Counted from the stretch's first letter, positions 46,924 through 58,583 are shown. The stretch is 64,000 nt of DNA from an uncultured bacterium (GCA_947177425.1 CAMWUN010000009.1:14254-78253); one strand, 5' to 3'. Numbers and translations are program-made. Notes: a model not told the origin generated them from the sequence alone.

Positions 46924-47505
46924 TTATATTCTCTTATTCAGCACATAGTAATTGTAGGTTTCCTGCGTCATGGGGTCCACCGGGCTGTCAATGTTCTGAA
47001 GATACCCAAGTGTATCCTTCAGTATCTGCAGCAACGCAGCATCTATATCCCTAAAGGCAAGCTTGCGCACCTGTGTAAGGTTCGGCGCATGTTTTCTTTC
47101 CGGTTCAATATAATCTGCAATATAAATAATTTTTTCAAGACGGGACATTCCCGGCCTTCCGGTGGTATGGTTAAGGATTGCATTAAGTACATCTTCATCT
47201 TTTACATGAAATTGTTTTCTGGCAAGATATCTTCCGACTTTTGCATGTAAAAGGAAGGGATTTTTCTTTTCCATTTCTGTTATTTCAATTCCCTGTTTCT
47301 GGCAGATATCCATTTTTTTTTCATTGCTCATACATTTTGCGCAGTCGTGAAGCAGGCCGGCAACCTTGGCTTTTTCAATATCCGCCTGAAAGCACATGGC
47401 AAGAGCTGCTGCTGTATAGGCAACGCCCAAGGTATGTTCATATCTTTTGGCGTCTAGTGTTTTTTCCAGTTTCTTTCTTATTTTTTTAATATTGACGTTT
47501 TTCAT
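46924..47505 (-). CDS. yqeK: YqeK HD-domain Ap4A hydrolase
   Basis: RYEHTLGVA, GLLHDCAK, HTTG and IADYIEP motifs; start placed at ATG 47505. Confidence 0.9.
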   Translation of the reverse strand: MKNVNIKKIRKKLEKTLDAKRYEHTLGVAYTAAALAMCFQADIEKAKVAGLLHDCAKCMSNEKKMDICQKQGIEITEMEKKNPFLLHAKVGRYLARKQFHVKDEDVLNAILNHTTGRPGMSRLEKIIYIADYIEPERKHAPNLTQVRKLAFRDIDAALLQILKDTLGYLQNIDSPVDPMTQETYNYYVLNKRI

Positions 47506-47506
47506 T

Positions 47507-48136
47507 TTAACCCGATACCTCCCGGTATAATCCCTTTTCATCAATATATTTAAGGACATTTTCGGGCAGCATGTAACGGACCGATTTATGTTCCTTAAGT
47601 CTTTGTCTGATCTCGGAAGAAGAAATATCAATGTATCTGGCTGGCAGGATGTCAATACAGGCATGGTATCTGTCCCTTAGATGCCTGGCAGCGCTTTCTA
47701 TCCTGCTTTCTGTGCCGTCACCCCTCACAGCGGCTATGACAATACAATTCTGCAAAATAAGACCAGGATTTTTCCAGCTTTCTAAAGTGAGCAGGTTGTC
47801 GGCGCCCATGATGAAATAATACTGGTTCTGTGGATGCATTTTTTTTAACTGAGCCAGTGTATCGCAGGTATAGGTAGGGCCTTCCCTGTTTAAATCTATC
47901 CAGGACAGACCAAAATAAGGATTCCCTTCAAGGGCAAGTTCAATCATACAGGCCCTTATGCTGCCCGCAAGTATGGATGCTGCATCTTTCATGTATGAAT
48001 TGCCGCTGGGGATAAAAAGAATCTCATCCAGCGCAAAGGCTTCCCTGGCATTTTCTGCAAGGAGCAGATGGCCGTTGTGGATAGGATTAAAGGTTCCGCC
48101 CATAATGCCGACTTTCTTTCCCATAACAATCTCCAT
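47507..48136 (-). CDS. nadD: Nicotinate-nucleotide adenylyltransferase
   Basis: GGTFNPIHNGH, FIMGAD and ISSSEIR motifs. Confidence 0.95.
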   Translation of the reverse strand: MEIVMGKKVGIMGGTFNPIHNGHLLLAENAREAFALDEILFIPSGNSYMKDAASILAGSIRACMIELALEGNPYFGLSWIDLNREGPTYTCDTLAQLKKMHPQNQYYFIMGADNLLTLESWKNPGLILQNCIVIAAVRGDGTESRIESAARHLRDRYHACIDILPARYIDISSSEIRQRLKEHKSVRYMLPENVLKYIDEKGLYREVSG

Positions 48137-48143
48137 TCCTGTT

Positions 48144-48431
48144 TTAAGGGAGTATTATTTTTTTATGCTCATTACTTTCTTTGTATAAAACAATCTTTTT
48201 TCCGATTACCTGAACTACCTGTGAACCGGTACGGGAGGCAATCATCTCCGCCATTACTTTCGGATCCTCCCCACAGTTTTTCAGCACGGCAATTTTAACC
48301 AGTTCCCTGGTGTTGAAAGTCTCTCTGACTGCCTCCGTAACTTCGGGAGTAAGGCCGGATTTCCCAATCTGGAATACAGGCTCAATATTCATTGCAAGCC
48401 CTTTCAAATATGCACGTTGTTTACTTGTCAT
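48144..48431 (-). CDS. yhbY: YhbY/CRM-domain RNA-binding protein
   Basis: MTSKQRAYLKGLA..IEPVFQIGKSG...RELVKI...QVIG motif. Confidence 0.92.
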   Translation of the reverse strand: MTSKQRAYLKGLAMNIEPVFQIGKSGLTPEVTEAVRETFNTRELVKIAVLKNCGEDPKVMAEMIASRTGSQVVQVIGKKIVLYKESNEHKKIILP

Positions 48432-48568
48432 CTGTGTCTCCTTATTTATAGTTCCGCATATGTCCTCCCAAGCACCAGTACCGGCAGAGGAAACCATGCC
48501 TGCTCTGCAGTCTTGTTTTCCTCTGGGCACTTGTCCGGACATATGCTGTTTTAGTTCCGCATATGCTG

Positions 48569-49925
<1,357 letters not shown>

Positions 49926-49977
49926 ATATGAAAAGGCTTCAAACATGATTTTTGTTTGAAGCCTGCCATAATTCGCA

Positions 49978-50262
49978 TTATTTTTCTACAGGATATACGG
50001 AAGCCTGTTTTTTGTCTCTTCCTTTTCTTTCGAATCTAAGTACACCGTCAACTAATGCGAACAAAGTATCGTCACCGCCGCGTCCGACATTGATGCCGGG
50101 GTGGATTTTTGTCCCGCGCTGTCTGTATAAAATATTTCCTGCTTTTACGAATTGTCCGTCAGCTCTCTTCGCACCTAATCTTTTGGATTCGGAATCTCTG
50201 CCGTTCTTGGTAGAACCAACACCCTTTTTATGCGCGAAAAATTGAAGGTTCAGTTTTAACAT
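49978..50262 (-). CDS. rpmA: 50S ribosomal protein L27 (bL27) with N-terminal Prp-cleaved extension
   Basis: MLKLNLQFF|[15 protein letters not shown]. Confidence 0.98.
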   Translation of the reverse strand: MLKLNLQFFAHKKGVGSTKNGRDSESKRLGAKRADGQFVKAGNILYRQRGTKIHPGINVGRGGDDTLFALVDGVLRFERKGRDKKQASVYPVEK

Positions 50263-50265
50263 AAT

Positions 50266-50595
50266 TTACACCTCCTTAAATTTAAGTTTTAAATACTTCC
50301 TGCCGTATTGTGAAACGACGCCCTCTAATCCAAGAATCATGGAATCCACTAAAAGTCTGCCTTTTCCATCAAGGTTTTCCGTAAACTGGCAGTCAATCAG
50401 CCCTTTCTCTTCGTCGCTGTCCACCTGCATAGGCACTTTCAACAGTTCATCAAGAGAATTAATTGTATTGATAACCAGCATGGAAACTGCGCTGCACACA
50501 ATATCCCTGCCTGGTTTTGCAAACTCTGCATGTCCTTCACAGAGTATCCTTTTATAATTCCCGTTTCCGGATTTAAAAATCGTAATGGTAGTCAT
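50266..50595 (-). CDS. prp: Ribosomal-processing cysteine protease Prp
   Basis: GHA...G.DIVCSAVS motif; lies between rplU and rpmA. Confidence 0.92.
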   Translation of the reverse strand: MTTITIFKSGNGNYKRILCEGHAEFAKPGRDIVCSAVSMLVINTINSLDELLKVPMQVDSDEEKGLIDCQFTENLDGKGRLLVDSMILGLEGVVSQYGRKYLKLKFKEV

Positions 50596-50599
50596 ACTT

Positions 50600-50905
50600 T
50601 TAAGCGTTGATTTTTTCAATCTTTACCTGTGTGTATGCTTGCCTGTGACCGTTTTTCTTATGATAACCGGTTTTTCTCTTATATTTGTAGACGATTACCT
50701 TGCGGTATTTACCCTGTTCCATAACTGTGGCAGTTACACTGGCATTCGCTACATCACCGGCAACCTTAAGTCCGTTATCGCTGACTGCGACAACCTGGTC
50801 AAATGTTACAGTGTTTCCGGGTTCTACATCAAGCTTTTCAACTTTGATTACATCTCCTTCGGAAACTTTGTACTGTTTTCCACCTGTTGCAATGATTGCG
50901 TACAT
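50600..50905 (-). CDS. rplU: 50S ribosomal protein L21 (bL21)
   Basis: [14 protein letters not shown] ... GHRQAYT. Confidence 0.98.
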   Translation of the reverse strand: MYAIIATGGKQYKVSEGDVIKVEKLDVEPGNTVTFDQVVAVSDNGLKVAGDVANASVTATVMEQGKYRKVIVYKYKRKTGYHKKNGHRQAYTQVKIEKINA

Positions 50906-50914
50906 ATGGCACCT

Positions 50915-51005
50915 CCTATACTAACCAGATTTATCTGGCTTTACTCGCTAACTGCGGCGGGCCTGGCATTCAGACTCACTTAAGCCCCGTTATGCGGCAT
51001 ACTCA
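50915..51005 (-). ncRNA. Probable L21 leader (ribosomal protein operon cis-regulatory RNA)
   Basis: Structured GC-rich leader directly upstream of rplU, where Firmicutes L21 leaders occur; not confirmed by covariance model. Confidence 0.4.
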
Positions 51006-51033
51006 TACAATATAGCATCCAGCCCTGAATCTG

Positions 51034-52224
51034 TCAAGCATTTAAATGCAATTTAAAAAAATCCGAAAGGGGCCTGCTGACTTTTTTTCTGGTAATTTCC
51101 ACAATTCCAAGGGCAGTCATGTCAATCAGGTTTGTCTTAATATTATCTTCTTTTAAATAGGCGTCCAGCCTGTCCATCAGAAGCTGTCTGTCCCGGGCGG
51201 AATCCATATTGATAAAATCCACCATAATCATGCCCGAATAATTCCTGATGCGGAGTTGTCTGGCAACTTCCTTTGCTGCCTCAAGGTTAACTTTCAGATA
51301 ATAGTCGCTGCTCTTTTTTCCGTTGCTCTGGGCTCTTCCTGAATTCACATCAATGGCAACCAGGGCTTCAGTAGGTTCAATTACCAGATATCCCCCGCCT
51401 GCAAGCCAGACCCTTTTCCCCAGTGCTTCCTGCAGATGGGTGTTGATGCTGTATAAACTGGCAAGGGAAAGCATATCGTCCTGATAAAGCCGGACGGGCT
51501 TGTCCTTAAATTCTTCTGAAAGCAGCTCCCAGACTTCCCTCTCATCAGTAACAATCTCCTCATAGATTTTCAGGGAAATGTTTTTGATCTGGTTAATGAT
51601 TTCCGTTTCCCTGTGATAAAAACAGGTATAGCAGGTCCGGTATTTGTAGGTATCCGTAATATAGTCAAAAACACGGATAAAAGACTGCATTTCCTGTGAA
51701 AGCAGAGAAAAATCCGTTAGATTTTCCGCATTCGTCCGAACAGTAAAATGGTATTTCTCACGGCCCTCTATGATAGTATTTTCAAGATAACTGCCGATAA
51801 GTTCCTTTTTTCCATGCGTAAGTTTTTTGGAATAATGGAGACCGTGTCCAAAGTAATTGCATACGCAGAACTGGCCTCTTAAGGTAAGCAGCGCGGAAGA
51901 CGAGGGCTGTTTGGATTTCAGGGCTTCCCCTGTAACCTGAATTACAATTTCATCCCCCTGCTGTATGGATTTCGACGGTTCCCGGTTGGCAATAAGCACC
52001 TGCCTGCACTGGTCCATGGGCAGATAAATGGCCTGCTTTGTGCCGATGGAAAGGAACGCCCCCTGAATCCCCCTGACAATATCCTTTACCTTTGCCAGAT
52101 AAATGTTTCCCAGAATATCCTCTTCATCAAGAAGAGGCGCCGTCCTCATAAGATAAGGCTTATTACCGTCAAATAGGGCTAAAAGGAGCCTGTTGTGCTG
52201 TTTGGTTATGATTATTTTTCCCAT
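51034..52224 (-). CDS. rng: RNase E/G family ribonuclease
   Basis: GNIYLAKV (S1 domain), IEPTEALVAIDVNSG, RQLRIRNYSGMIMVDFI and EITRKK motifs. Confidence 0.92.
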   Translation of the reverse strand: MGKIIITKQHNRLLLALFDGNKPYLMRTAPLLDEEDILGNIYLAKVKDIVRGIQGAFLSIGTKQAIYLPMDQCRQVLIANREPSKSIQQGDEIVIQVTGEALKSKQPSSSALLTLRGQFCVCNYFGHGLHYSKKLTHGKKELIGSYLENTIIEGREKYHFTVRTNAENLTDFSLLSQEMQSFIRVFDYITDTYKYRTCYTCFYHRETEIINQIKNISLKIYEEIVTDEREVWELLSEEFKDKPVRLYQDDMLSLASLYSINTHLQEALGKRVWLAGGGYLVIEPTEALVAIDVNSGRAQSNGKKSSDYYLKVNLEAAKEVARQLRIRNYSGMIMVDFINMDSARDRQLLMDRLDAYLKEDNIKTNLIDMTALGIVEITRKKVSRPLSDFFKLHLNA

Positions 52225-52254
52225 AAAGTAGTCTCCAGTGCCGGAAAACGCGGC

Positions 52255-52932
52255 TCATGATATAAGCGGCGCAAGACGGCCGTTTTCTTCTCTTTTATAA
52301 GTTTCTAATCTGTGAATCCTGAAAGGGTATTCCGGCAGGCTGACGCCGGATTTTTCAAAAAAGGTTTCCAATACAAAGCCAGGTTTGATGTTGCTGCCGC
52401 TGCCTGCATCTACCAGCATGTATACATCCTCTCCCCGCACTTCAAGGAGATAGACGCCCTCCTTTAAATCAATTTCCCGCTGGCCTTTTTTGGTGGTTTT
52501 GGTGACAGGGATACTTTCCTGTCGGTAAAAATCCATAAGTCCGGCCTTCCAGTTTTCCGGCAGCGGCACCTTGTCTGAAAAGGAAACCAGATAGTCCGCA
52601 GCCGCAACCCCTGCCATGGCGTTTTTTTCTTTGTCGGGAAGCAACTGCACTTTCAATATGTCAAATCCTTCCACCATAACACTCTGCAATTTTTCCCGCA
52701 AATCTTCTTCACTGGTGAACCTGTTGACCTCAATGTCAAAATACTCTCCGCTGCTGGTGTGGCCCACAGATAAAGGAGCGGCGAAGGACATAATCTGATG
52801 GGGGCTGAACCCTTCAGAGTAGGCTACATCAATATCTGCCCGCCGCAGGGCTTTCTGGAAATAACGCATTACATCCAGATGCCCAAGAAAACGCACAGGG
52901 CCGTATTTGGAAAATTTTATTCTTACTTTCAT
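52255..52932 (-). CDS. Radical SAM-linked protein (TIGR03936-type)
   Basis: FLGHLDVMRYFQKALRRA.I..AYSEGFSPH..MSFA.PL; overlaps the radical SAM gene. Confidence 0.85.
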   Translation of the reverse strand: MKVRIKFSKYGPVRFLGHLDVMRYFQKALRRADIDVAYSEGFSPHQIMSFAAPLSVGHTSSGEYFDIEVNRFTSEEDLREKLQSVMVEGFDILKVQLLPDKEKNAMAGVAAADYLVSFSDKVPLPENWKAGLMDFYRQESIPVTKTTKKGQREIDLKEGVYLLEVRGEDVYMLVDAGSGSNIKPGFVLETFFEKSGVSLPEYPFRIHRLETYKREENGRLAPLIS

Positions 52933-54803
52933 GACTGTTCTCTCCGTTCTTCCAGACACACGCCTGCCCGGTAACGCCCGGCGCCGCATGCGCTGCATTT
53001 GCTCCGGCAGTTGGGGGTAACAATTTCTTTCCGGGCTTTGTGCCATTCCCTTAGCAGAAATTCTTTTTTTACGCCACAGTCAAGAAAATCCCAGGGGAAT
53101 ATTTCCCCATCCTCCCGTTCCCTTGTATAAAAATCAGGGGAAATTCCGCACTCATCAAAGGTTTCAAACCATAAACCGTTTTTGTAATATTCGCTCCAGG
53201 CATCATACATACAGCCCTTCTTGTAAGCTTTCAAAATTACCTGATTCAAACGCCTGTCCCCCCTGGCCATAATTCCCTCCAGCACACTGACATCCGCCTC
53301 ATGCCAGTTATACTTGATGCTTTTCTGGTTTAGCTGGCCGGCAATAGCGCTTCTGGTCTGATAAGCTTTGTCAAGGAATTCTTCCTTCGTGCACTGTCCT
53401 GCCCATTGAAAAGGCGTAAAGGGCTTAGGGATGAAAAAGGAAGTACTGGCGACAATCTGTACCCGGCCTGTCCGCTTTTCTTTGGGAACTGTCTCGTAAA
53501 ACAGAGCTGCGATTTTGTTGCATAAAGCGGCAATCTCCTGAATATCCTCCGGGGTTTCCGTAGGAAGCCCCAGCATAAAGTAAAGTTTGACCCGGCTCCA
53601 TCCCCCCGCAAAGGCAAGACGGGCTCCCTCAAGAATGACTTCTTCGGTCAACCCCTTGTTGATAACATTTCTCAGCCTTTGGGAACCTGCCTCCGGCGCG
53701 AAAGTAAGACTGCTTTTTTTTACATCCTGCACTTTATTCATAACATCCAGGGAAAATGCGTCAATTCTAAGGGAAGGCAGGGAAATATTCACTTTCTTCC
53801 CGGCGCAGTTTTCAATAAGGAAATCCAGCAGTTCCGGCAGTTTGGAATAATCGCTGGAACTTAAGGAACTTAAGGAGATTTCTTCATGTCCTGTATTCTT
53901 TAACATTTCCATGGCATAATGTTTTAACATTTCCACATTCCGCTCCCGCACTGGACGGTACAACTGCCCTGCCTGGCAGAAACGGCATCCCCTGATACAG
54001 CCTCTCTGGAGTTCAAGGACTACTCTGTCCTGGGTTACTTTGATAAAGGGAACCACGGGTTTGTCAGGGTAGCAGGTATCCGTCACGTCCCGGACCAGCT
54101 CCTTTTCGATTTTCACAGGAATCCCTTCTTCCAGGGAAATTCTTTGACTGATAGTCCCATTTTCGTGGTAAGTTACCTCATACAAAGAGGGCACATACAT
54201 ACCGGGAATGGAAGCTGCCTTTTTTAAAAATTCTCTCCGTCCCAGACCATTCTTTTTGCAGTTTTTATATAAATCCAGCAGATTCCGGTACTGAGTCTCC
54301 CCTTCACCGATGTAAAAAATATCAAAAAAATCGCAGATTGGCTCCGGATTATAGGTGCAGGGGCCTCCTCCAATTACAATAGGGAAATCCTCCCCCCTTT
54401 CAGCCGCAAGAAGGGGAATACCTGATAAATCTAAAATCTGCAGAATATTCGTATAACACATTTCATACTGGATGGTAATACCCAGAAAATCAAAATCTTT
54501 AACAGGCTCTTGGGATTCCAGCGCAAATAATGGAATCTTTTCCCTGCGCATAAGGGCGTCCAGATCCACCCATGGAGAATAAACCCTCTCGCACCAGACA
54601 TCTTCAAATTTATTCAGCATGTCATAGAGAATCTGTATGCCAAGATGGGACATACCGATTTCATATACATCGGGAAAGCACATGGCAAAACGGATTTCCA
54701 CTTCCTTTTTATCCTTTATGACTGCGTTTACCTCATTTCCAATATAACGGGCAGGTTTCTCTACCTGCATCAATATTTCATCGCTTAATGCCAAGTTCCT
54801 CAT
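52929..54803 (-). CDS. B12-binding radical SAM protein (TIGR03960-type)
   Basis: VEKPARYIGNE, PDVYEIGMSHLG, CxxxCxxC (CIRGCRFC) and FIPKPFTPFQW motifs. Confidence 0.88.
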   Translation of the reverse strand: MRNLALSDEILMQVEKPARYIGNEVNAVIKDKKEVEIRFAMCFPDVYEIGMSHLGIQILYDMLNKFEDVWCERVYSPWVDLDALMRREKIPLFALESQEPVKDFDFLGITIQYEMCYTNILQILDLSGIPLLAAERGEDFPIVIGGGPCTYNPEPICDFFDIFYIGEGETQYRNLLDLYKNCKKNGLGRREFLKKAASIPGMYVPSLYEVTYHENGTISQRISLEEGIPVKIEKELVRDVTDTCYPDKPVVPFIKVTQDRVVLELQRGCIRGCRFCQAGQLYRPVRERNVEMLKHYAMEMLKNTGHEEISLSSLSSSDYSKLPELLDFLIENCAGKKVNISLPSLRIDAFSLDVMNKVQDVKKSSLTFAPEAGSQRLRNVINKGLTEEVILEGARLAFAGGWSRVKLYFMLGLPTETPEDIQEIAALCNKIAALFYETVPKEKRTGRVQIVASTSFFIPKPFTPFQWAGQCTKEEFLDKAYQTRSAIAGQLNQKSIKYNWHEADVSVLEGIMARGDRRLNQVILKAYKKGCMYDAWSEYYKNGLWFETFDECGISPDFYTREREDGEIFPWDFLDCGVKKEFLLREWHKARKEIVTPNCRSKCSACGAGRYRAGVCLEERREQS

Positions 54804-54865
54804 ATTTTCCTCATTTCTACGCTGACGACTCCGCATGGCACAGTTTGCATGTAATCTATACAATT

Positions 54866-54902
54866 AATTACCAGCCCTGCTTGAACTACAAGGCTGGTAA
54901 TT
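54866..54902. terminator. Hairpin downstream of the nuclease-like fragment
   Basis: AATTACCAGCC ... GGCTGGTAATT 11-bp arms. Confidence 0.5.
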
Positions 54903-54918
54903 TTCAGGATATGAGACG

Positions 54919-55272
54919 TTATATGCCAAACATTTTTAATGTATCCAGAACTTCTGAAACGGTACATCCTACTTTTTTCGCAATATGCTCCAGCACTTTA
55001 TTGGCCATATCGATAATTGTACATCTTGTATATTCACTTATTATCCCTTGATTTAGCAGTTCCTCAAGTCTGTTCTTTATCTGCTCATACTCCTGTTTTA
55101 ACAATTCCAGCTTCAAATTATCCTGCTCATATTCTTCAAACCGGCTTTCATGGGAAAAAATATAAAAGGGAATCAGAAACAAAAGCTTTTTCTCAAATAT
55201 TTCTTTGATTGTATACCGCTGGGATTTCATCACGGAGATATCATAAATGAGTTCACCGCCAGGTGTTATCAT
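54919..55272 (-). pseudogene. C-terminal fragment of an Rpn/PD-(D/E)XK 'putative transposase'-like protein
   Basis: EIFEKKLLFLIPFYIFSHE...TIIDMANKVLEHIA resembles the C-terminal half of such clostridial proteins (recalled, not searched); no nuclease N-terminus is present. Confidence 0.45.
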
Positions 55273-55340
55273 TTTGACTTTATTTTATCATGTATTTAAC
55301 ATTTACTCAATTGCATTTCTGATTCTATATTCGTTATAAT

Positions 55341-55739
55341 TCAGGGAAACATATCCAGCAATTCCCCGACATCCGGGCTGCTGGTAATCCGCTCAAATAT
55401 GGTATCCGCATTTTCGCCTCCGTAGCTGATATTGTTGGCGTCGCACAAAACAAAAGAAAGCAGCAGAATCAGCGCAATCATAAAACGGAGCCTGAATCCG
55501 CTCATGGTGCTTTTATTATCTTCGGGGACGGCAGGGGCCGGGTTTTGCGGCTCTTCCAGACTGTACAGTTCCCCATAATGTCCCTGGGCAGGTCCGGAGT
55601 AGAGAATCCCTTCCCGATGCCTGAAAAGCTGCCTGTTGTACTGGTTCTGCATACGGATTGCCTTTATCAGTTCCAGTTTTTTGGCAGCGTTTACTCTGGT
55701 ATTTATTTTTCCATTTGTTTTGCTCATATATAAGTCCAT
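55341..55739 (-). CDS. Hypothetical membrane protein
   Basis: KLELIKAIRMQN helix and a C-terminal TM segment (FRLRFMIALILLLSFVLCD); start at ATG 55739 or 55727. Confidence 0.6.
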   Translation of the reverse strand: MDLYMSKTNGKINTRVNAAKKLELIKAIRMQNQYNRQLFRHREGILYSGPAQGHYGELYSLEEPQNPAPAVPEDNKSTMSGFRLRFMIALILLLSFVLCDANNISYGGENADTIFERITSSPDVGELLDMFP

Positions 55740-55778
55740 GCTTTGGTTTATAAAAAAATATGCACGCAGCAGGCGAAA

Positions 55779-55808
55779 TATGCGCCGCGTAAACTTACGC
55801 GGCGCATA
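55779..55808. terminator. Strong hairpin after the his operon
   Basis: TATGCGCCGCGTAA-AC-TTACGCGGCGCATA perfect 14-bp arms. Confidence 0.65.
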
Positions 55809-55812
55809 AAAC

Positions 55813-55888
55813 ATCAAACGCTGCTACCCTTCGCAGAACAGCGTTTAATCCAACAAACACTGCCACTCTTTGCGAGCCGGATTATTGT
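55813..55888. repeat. Two copies of the ~37-bp repeat family
   Basis: ATCAAACGCTGCTACCCTTCGCAGAACAGCGTTTAATCC and AACAAACACTGCCACTCTTTGCGAGCCGGATTATTGT. Confidence 0.72.
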
Positions 55889-55931
55889 AATAAGACGGTT
55901 CGTAAAACGAATTGATGTTGATTACGGAGTA

Positions 55932-57218
55932 TTATCTACGGTCAAGTTCGTCTGTGATTTCTTCCCAAGTTACACCTTTCTCAACCATAAGAACCATCAT
56001 ATGGTAAAGGAAATCGGCAATTTCATATTTAATCTCATTGGCATTGGGATTTTTGGCCGCAATGACAATTTCCGTGGCTTCTTCCCCAAGTTTCTTTAAT
56101 ATTTTGTCAATACCTTTGTCAAAAAGGTAATTGGTATAAGAACCTTCCTTAGGATGAACCTTCCGGTCTTTGATTACATTAAGCACCGATTCAAAGACTT
56201 CAAGAGGATTGGTCACATCATATTCTTTCTTCATGATTTCGTTAAAGAAGCAGCTCCGGCTTCCTGTATGGCAGGCAGCTCCCACCTGGGAAACTTTAGC
56301 AAGAATCGTATCCTTGTCGCAATCGGCAGTCAGTTCCTTCACATACTGGAAATGTCCGCTGGTTTCGCCCTTTAACCACTGCTCTTTACGGCTCCTGCTG
56401 TAGTAGTTCATCCGGCCGCTCTTTAATGTGGCAAGATAGGCTTCCTCATTCATATAGGCAGCCATAAGGACTTCCCGGGTTTTATAATCCTGTACCACCA
56501 CCGGCACCAGGCCGTCAGAATTCTTTTTAAATTCTTCCCACTTAATGGCAGGCTCAAAAATTTTGACCTTCACACCGTTTCCTGCACATAAATCTTTAAT
56601 GTCATTTAATTCCTTTACATTTTCGTTGATGGCAGGCCCGGTGATGCCTGCAATGATTTCATAGGACAAAAGTTCTATGATTTTATCCAGAGATACCTCA
56701 GGCAGAGTGACAATTATCGGTATCTTTGACACTTCAATGGCTTTTTTGATGGTTTTTACGCCGATTAAAATCACCTGCTCCACAAATTCCGTAAGAATCC
56801 CCTCGTTTGCTTCTATCTCCGAGGCTTCTGCAATGCAGGCAAGAATCTTGTCTTTGCCGAATTTAAGGGAAACCTCTTTCGTCAGTTCCACATTATCTTC
56901 TTTGGAATAATTCAGCGCCGCCTTTGCACAGCCGGCATAAAGGAGTTTCTTAATATCCTCCATGCGTTTCACATTGCCTGCGCCGATTACGGGTATCTGG
57001 GCTTCCCTGCAAATAATCTGTATCATGTCAAGAGCCTCTTCATGGGCTTCGTCATCACAGGAAAGGTCAAAGACAATCAGTTCATCGGCATTGTTTTCCC
57101 AGTAGAATCTGGCAAGGGATGCCGGATTTTCACTGATAACTGTACTGTCCTTAAATCCGGCAACGGCTTTTTTGTTTAAAAGGTAAATGCATGGTATCAA
57201 TTTTTTGTAGCTGTTCAT
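55932..57218 (-). CDS. hisIE: HisIE bifunctional enzyme with extra N-terminal HisF/HisA-like domain
   Basis: HisI motifs ([39 protein letters not shown]), HisE motifs ([17 protein letters not shown]) and an N-terminal TIM-barrel-like ~220 aa. Confidence 0.92.
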   Translation of the reverse strand: MNSYKKLIPCIYLLNKKAVAGFKDSTVISENPASLARFYWENNADELIVFDLSCDDEAHEEALDMIQIICREAQIPVIGAGNVKRMEDIKKLLYAGCAKAALNYSKEDNVELTKEVSLKFGKDKILACIAEASEIEANEGILTEFVEQVILIGVKTIKKAIEVSKIPIIVTLPEVSLDKIIELLSYEIIAGITGPAINENVKELNDIKDLCAGNGVKVKIFEPAIKWEEFKKNSDGLVPVVVQDYKTREVLMAAYMNEEAYLATLKSGRMNYYSRSRKEQWLKGETSGHFQYVKELTADCDKDTILAKVSQVGAACHTGSRSCFFNEIMKKEYDVTNPLEVFESVLNVIKDRKVHPKEGSYTNYLFDKGIDKILKKLGEEATEIVIAAKNPNANEIKYEIADFLYHMMVLMVEKGVTWEEITDELDRR

Positions 57219-57251
57219 GTTATAGTTATTTCCTTTTTTGGCATTTGTATA

Positions 57252-58541
57252 TCATTCAAATCTAACTTTAATAGAGTTTGCGTGCGCCGTCAAGCCCTCT
57301 TTTTGTGCAAACAGTTCAATCTCATTATGTACCGCAAAAAGGGCCTCTCTGGAATAAGAGATAATGCTGGTCTTTTTCATGAAATCATCCACATTTAAGG
57401 GGGAAAAAAACCTTGCGGTGCCGTTGGTTGGAAGAATATGGTTAGGCCCTGCAAAATAATCCCCCAAAGGCTCCGAAGAATATTCCCCAAGAAAAACAGC
57501 CCCTGCGTTTTTGATTTTTGTCATAATCTCAAAAGGATTTATGGTAAGGATTTCCAAATGCTCGGAAGCAATTTCGTTGGCGGCCTCTATAGCCTGGTCC
57601 ATATTTTCCGCTATCAGTATATAACCGTAATTGTCAAGGGATGCCTGTATAATTTCCTTTCTGGAAAGGGTTTCCGCAAGGGCGTCAGCCTCTCTGGAAA
57701 CCTGCTGTGCAAGGGGGCGGCTTGTGGTGATTAAAATAGCGCTTGCCATCTCGTCATGCTCAGCCTGGGAAAGGAGGTCAGCGGCAATAAACTTAGGATT
57801 GGCGCTCTCATCGGCAAGTATCAGAATTTCACTGGGGCCGGCAATGGAATCCACACTTACATAACCAAAACAGGCCTTCTTTGCCAGGGCAACAAAAATA
57901 TTTCCCGGCCCGGTAATCTTGTCCACCCGGGGGATACTTTCCGTCCCAAAGGCCATGGCGGCAATGGCCTGTGCGCCTCCGGCCTTATAGATCTCATCCA
58001 CTCCTGCAATGTGGGCGGCAACCAGCGTTCCGGGGTTGACCTTCCCGTCTGCACCGGGCGGTGTGGTCATAATAATTCTGGACACTCCTGCCACTTTTGC
58101 AGGCAGTACATTCATGAGAACACTGGAAGGATATGCTGCTTTGCCGCCGGGCACATAAACCCCCGACCTTTCAATGGGCGTAATCTTCTGGCCCAGAATC
58201 GTGCCGTCAGCTTCCGGAGAAAACCAACTGTTATGCCGTTGCTTTTCGTGGAATTTCGTAATGTTGGCCGCTGCTTTTTTCATCACAGCCACAAATTCAG
58301 GGTCAGTCACTTCATAGGCTTCCTTTATCTCTTCATCAGTGACTTTGATGGTGTCTGCGGTGACGGTGCATTTATCAAACTTTAAGGTATATGCAAAGAG
58401 CGCCTCGTCTTTCCTTTGGCGCACTTCACGGATAATTTCATTTACTGTCTGCTCATACTGTCCGTAACTGCCGGGGCTTCTCTTCAAAAGATTTTCCAGC
58501 AGGTTATTTTTGGTCTTATCATTTAATTCTATAATACGCAT
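57252..58541 (-). CDS. hisD: Histidinol dehydrogenase
   Basis: YVPGG, GGAQAIAAMAFG, GPGNIFV, AGPSE, QAEHD and PNHILPT motifs. Confidence 0.97.
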   Translation of the reverse strand: MRIIELNDKTKNNLLENLLKRSPGSYGQYEQTVNEIIREVRQRKDEALFAYTLKFDKCTVTADTIKVTDEEIKEAYEVTDPEFVAVMKKAAANITKFHEKQRHNSWFSPEADGTILGQKITPIERSGVYVPGGKAAYPSSVLMNVLPAKVAGVSRIIMTTPPGADGKVNPGTLVAAHIAGVDEIYKAGGAQAIAAMAFGTESIPRVDKITGPGNIFVALAKKACFGYVSVDSIAGPSEILILADESANPKFIAADLLSQAEHDEMASAILITTSRPLAQQVSREADALAETLSRKEIIQASLDNYGYILIAENMDQAIEAANEIASEHLEILTINPFEIMTKIKNAGAVFLGEYSSEPLGDYFAGPNHILPTNGTARFFSPLNVDDFMKKTSIISYSREALFAVHNEIELFAQKEGLTAHANSIKVRFE

Positions 58542-58583
58542 GGATTTTCCTTTCAATTTACTATAAAATTTGATATTAAGATA

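Noticed and set aside
48432-48542. N-terminal extension of YhbY predicted by the ORF track
   Set aside because: The family starts at MTSKQR (48431) with an RBS; the extra codons come from the hairpin insert.
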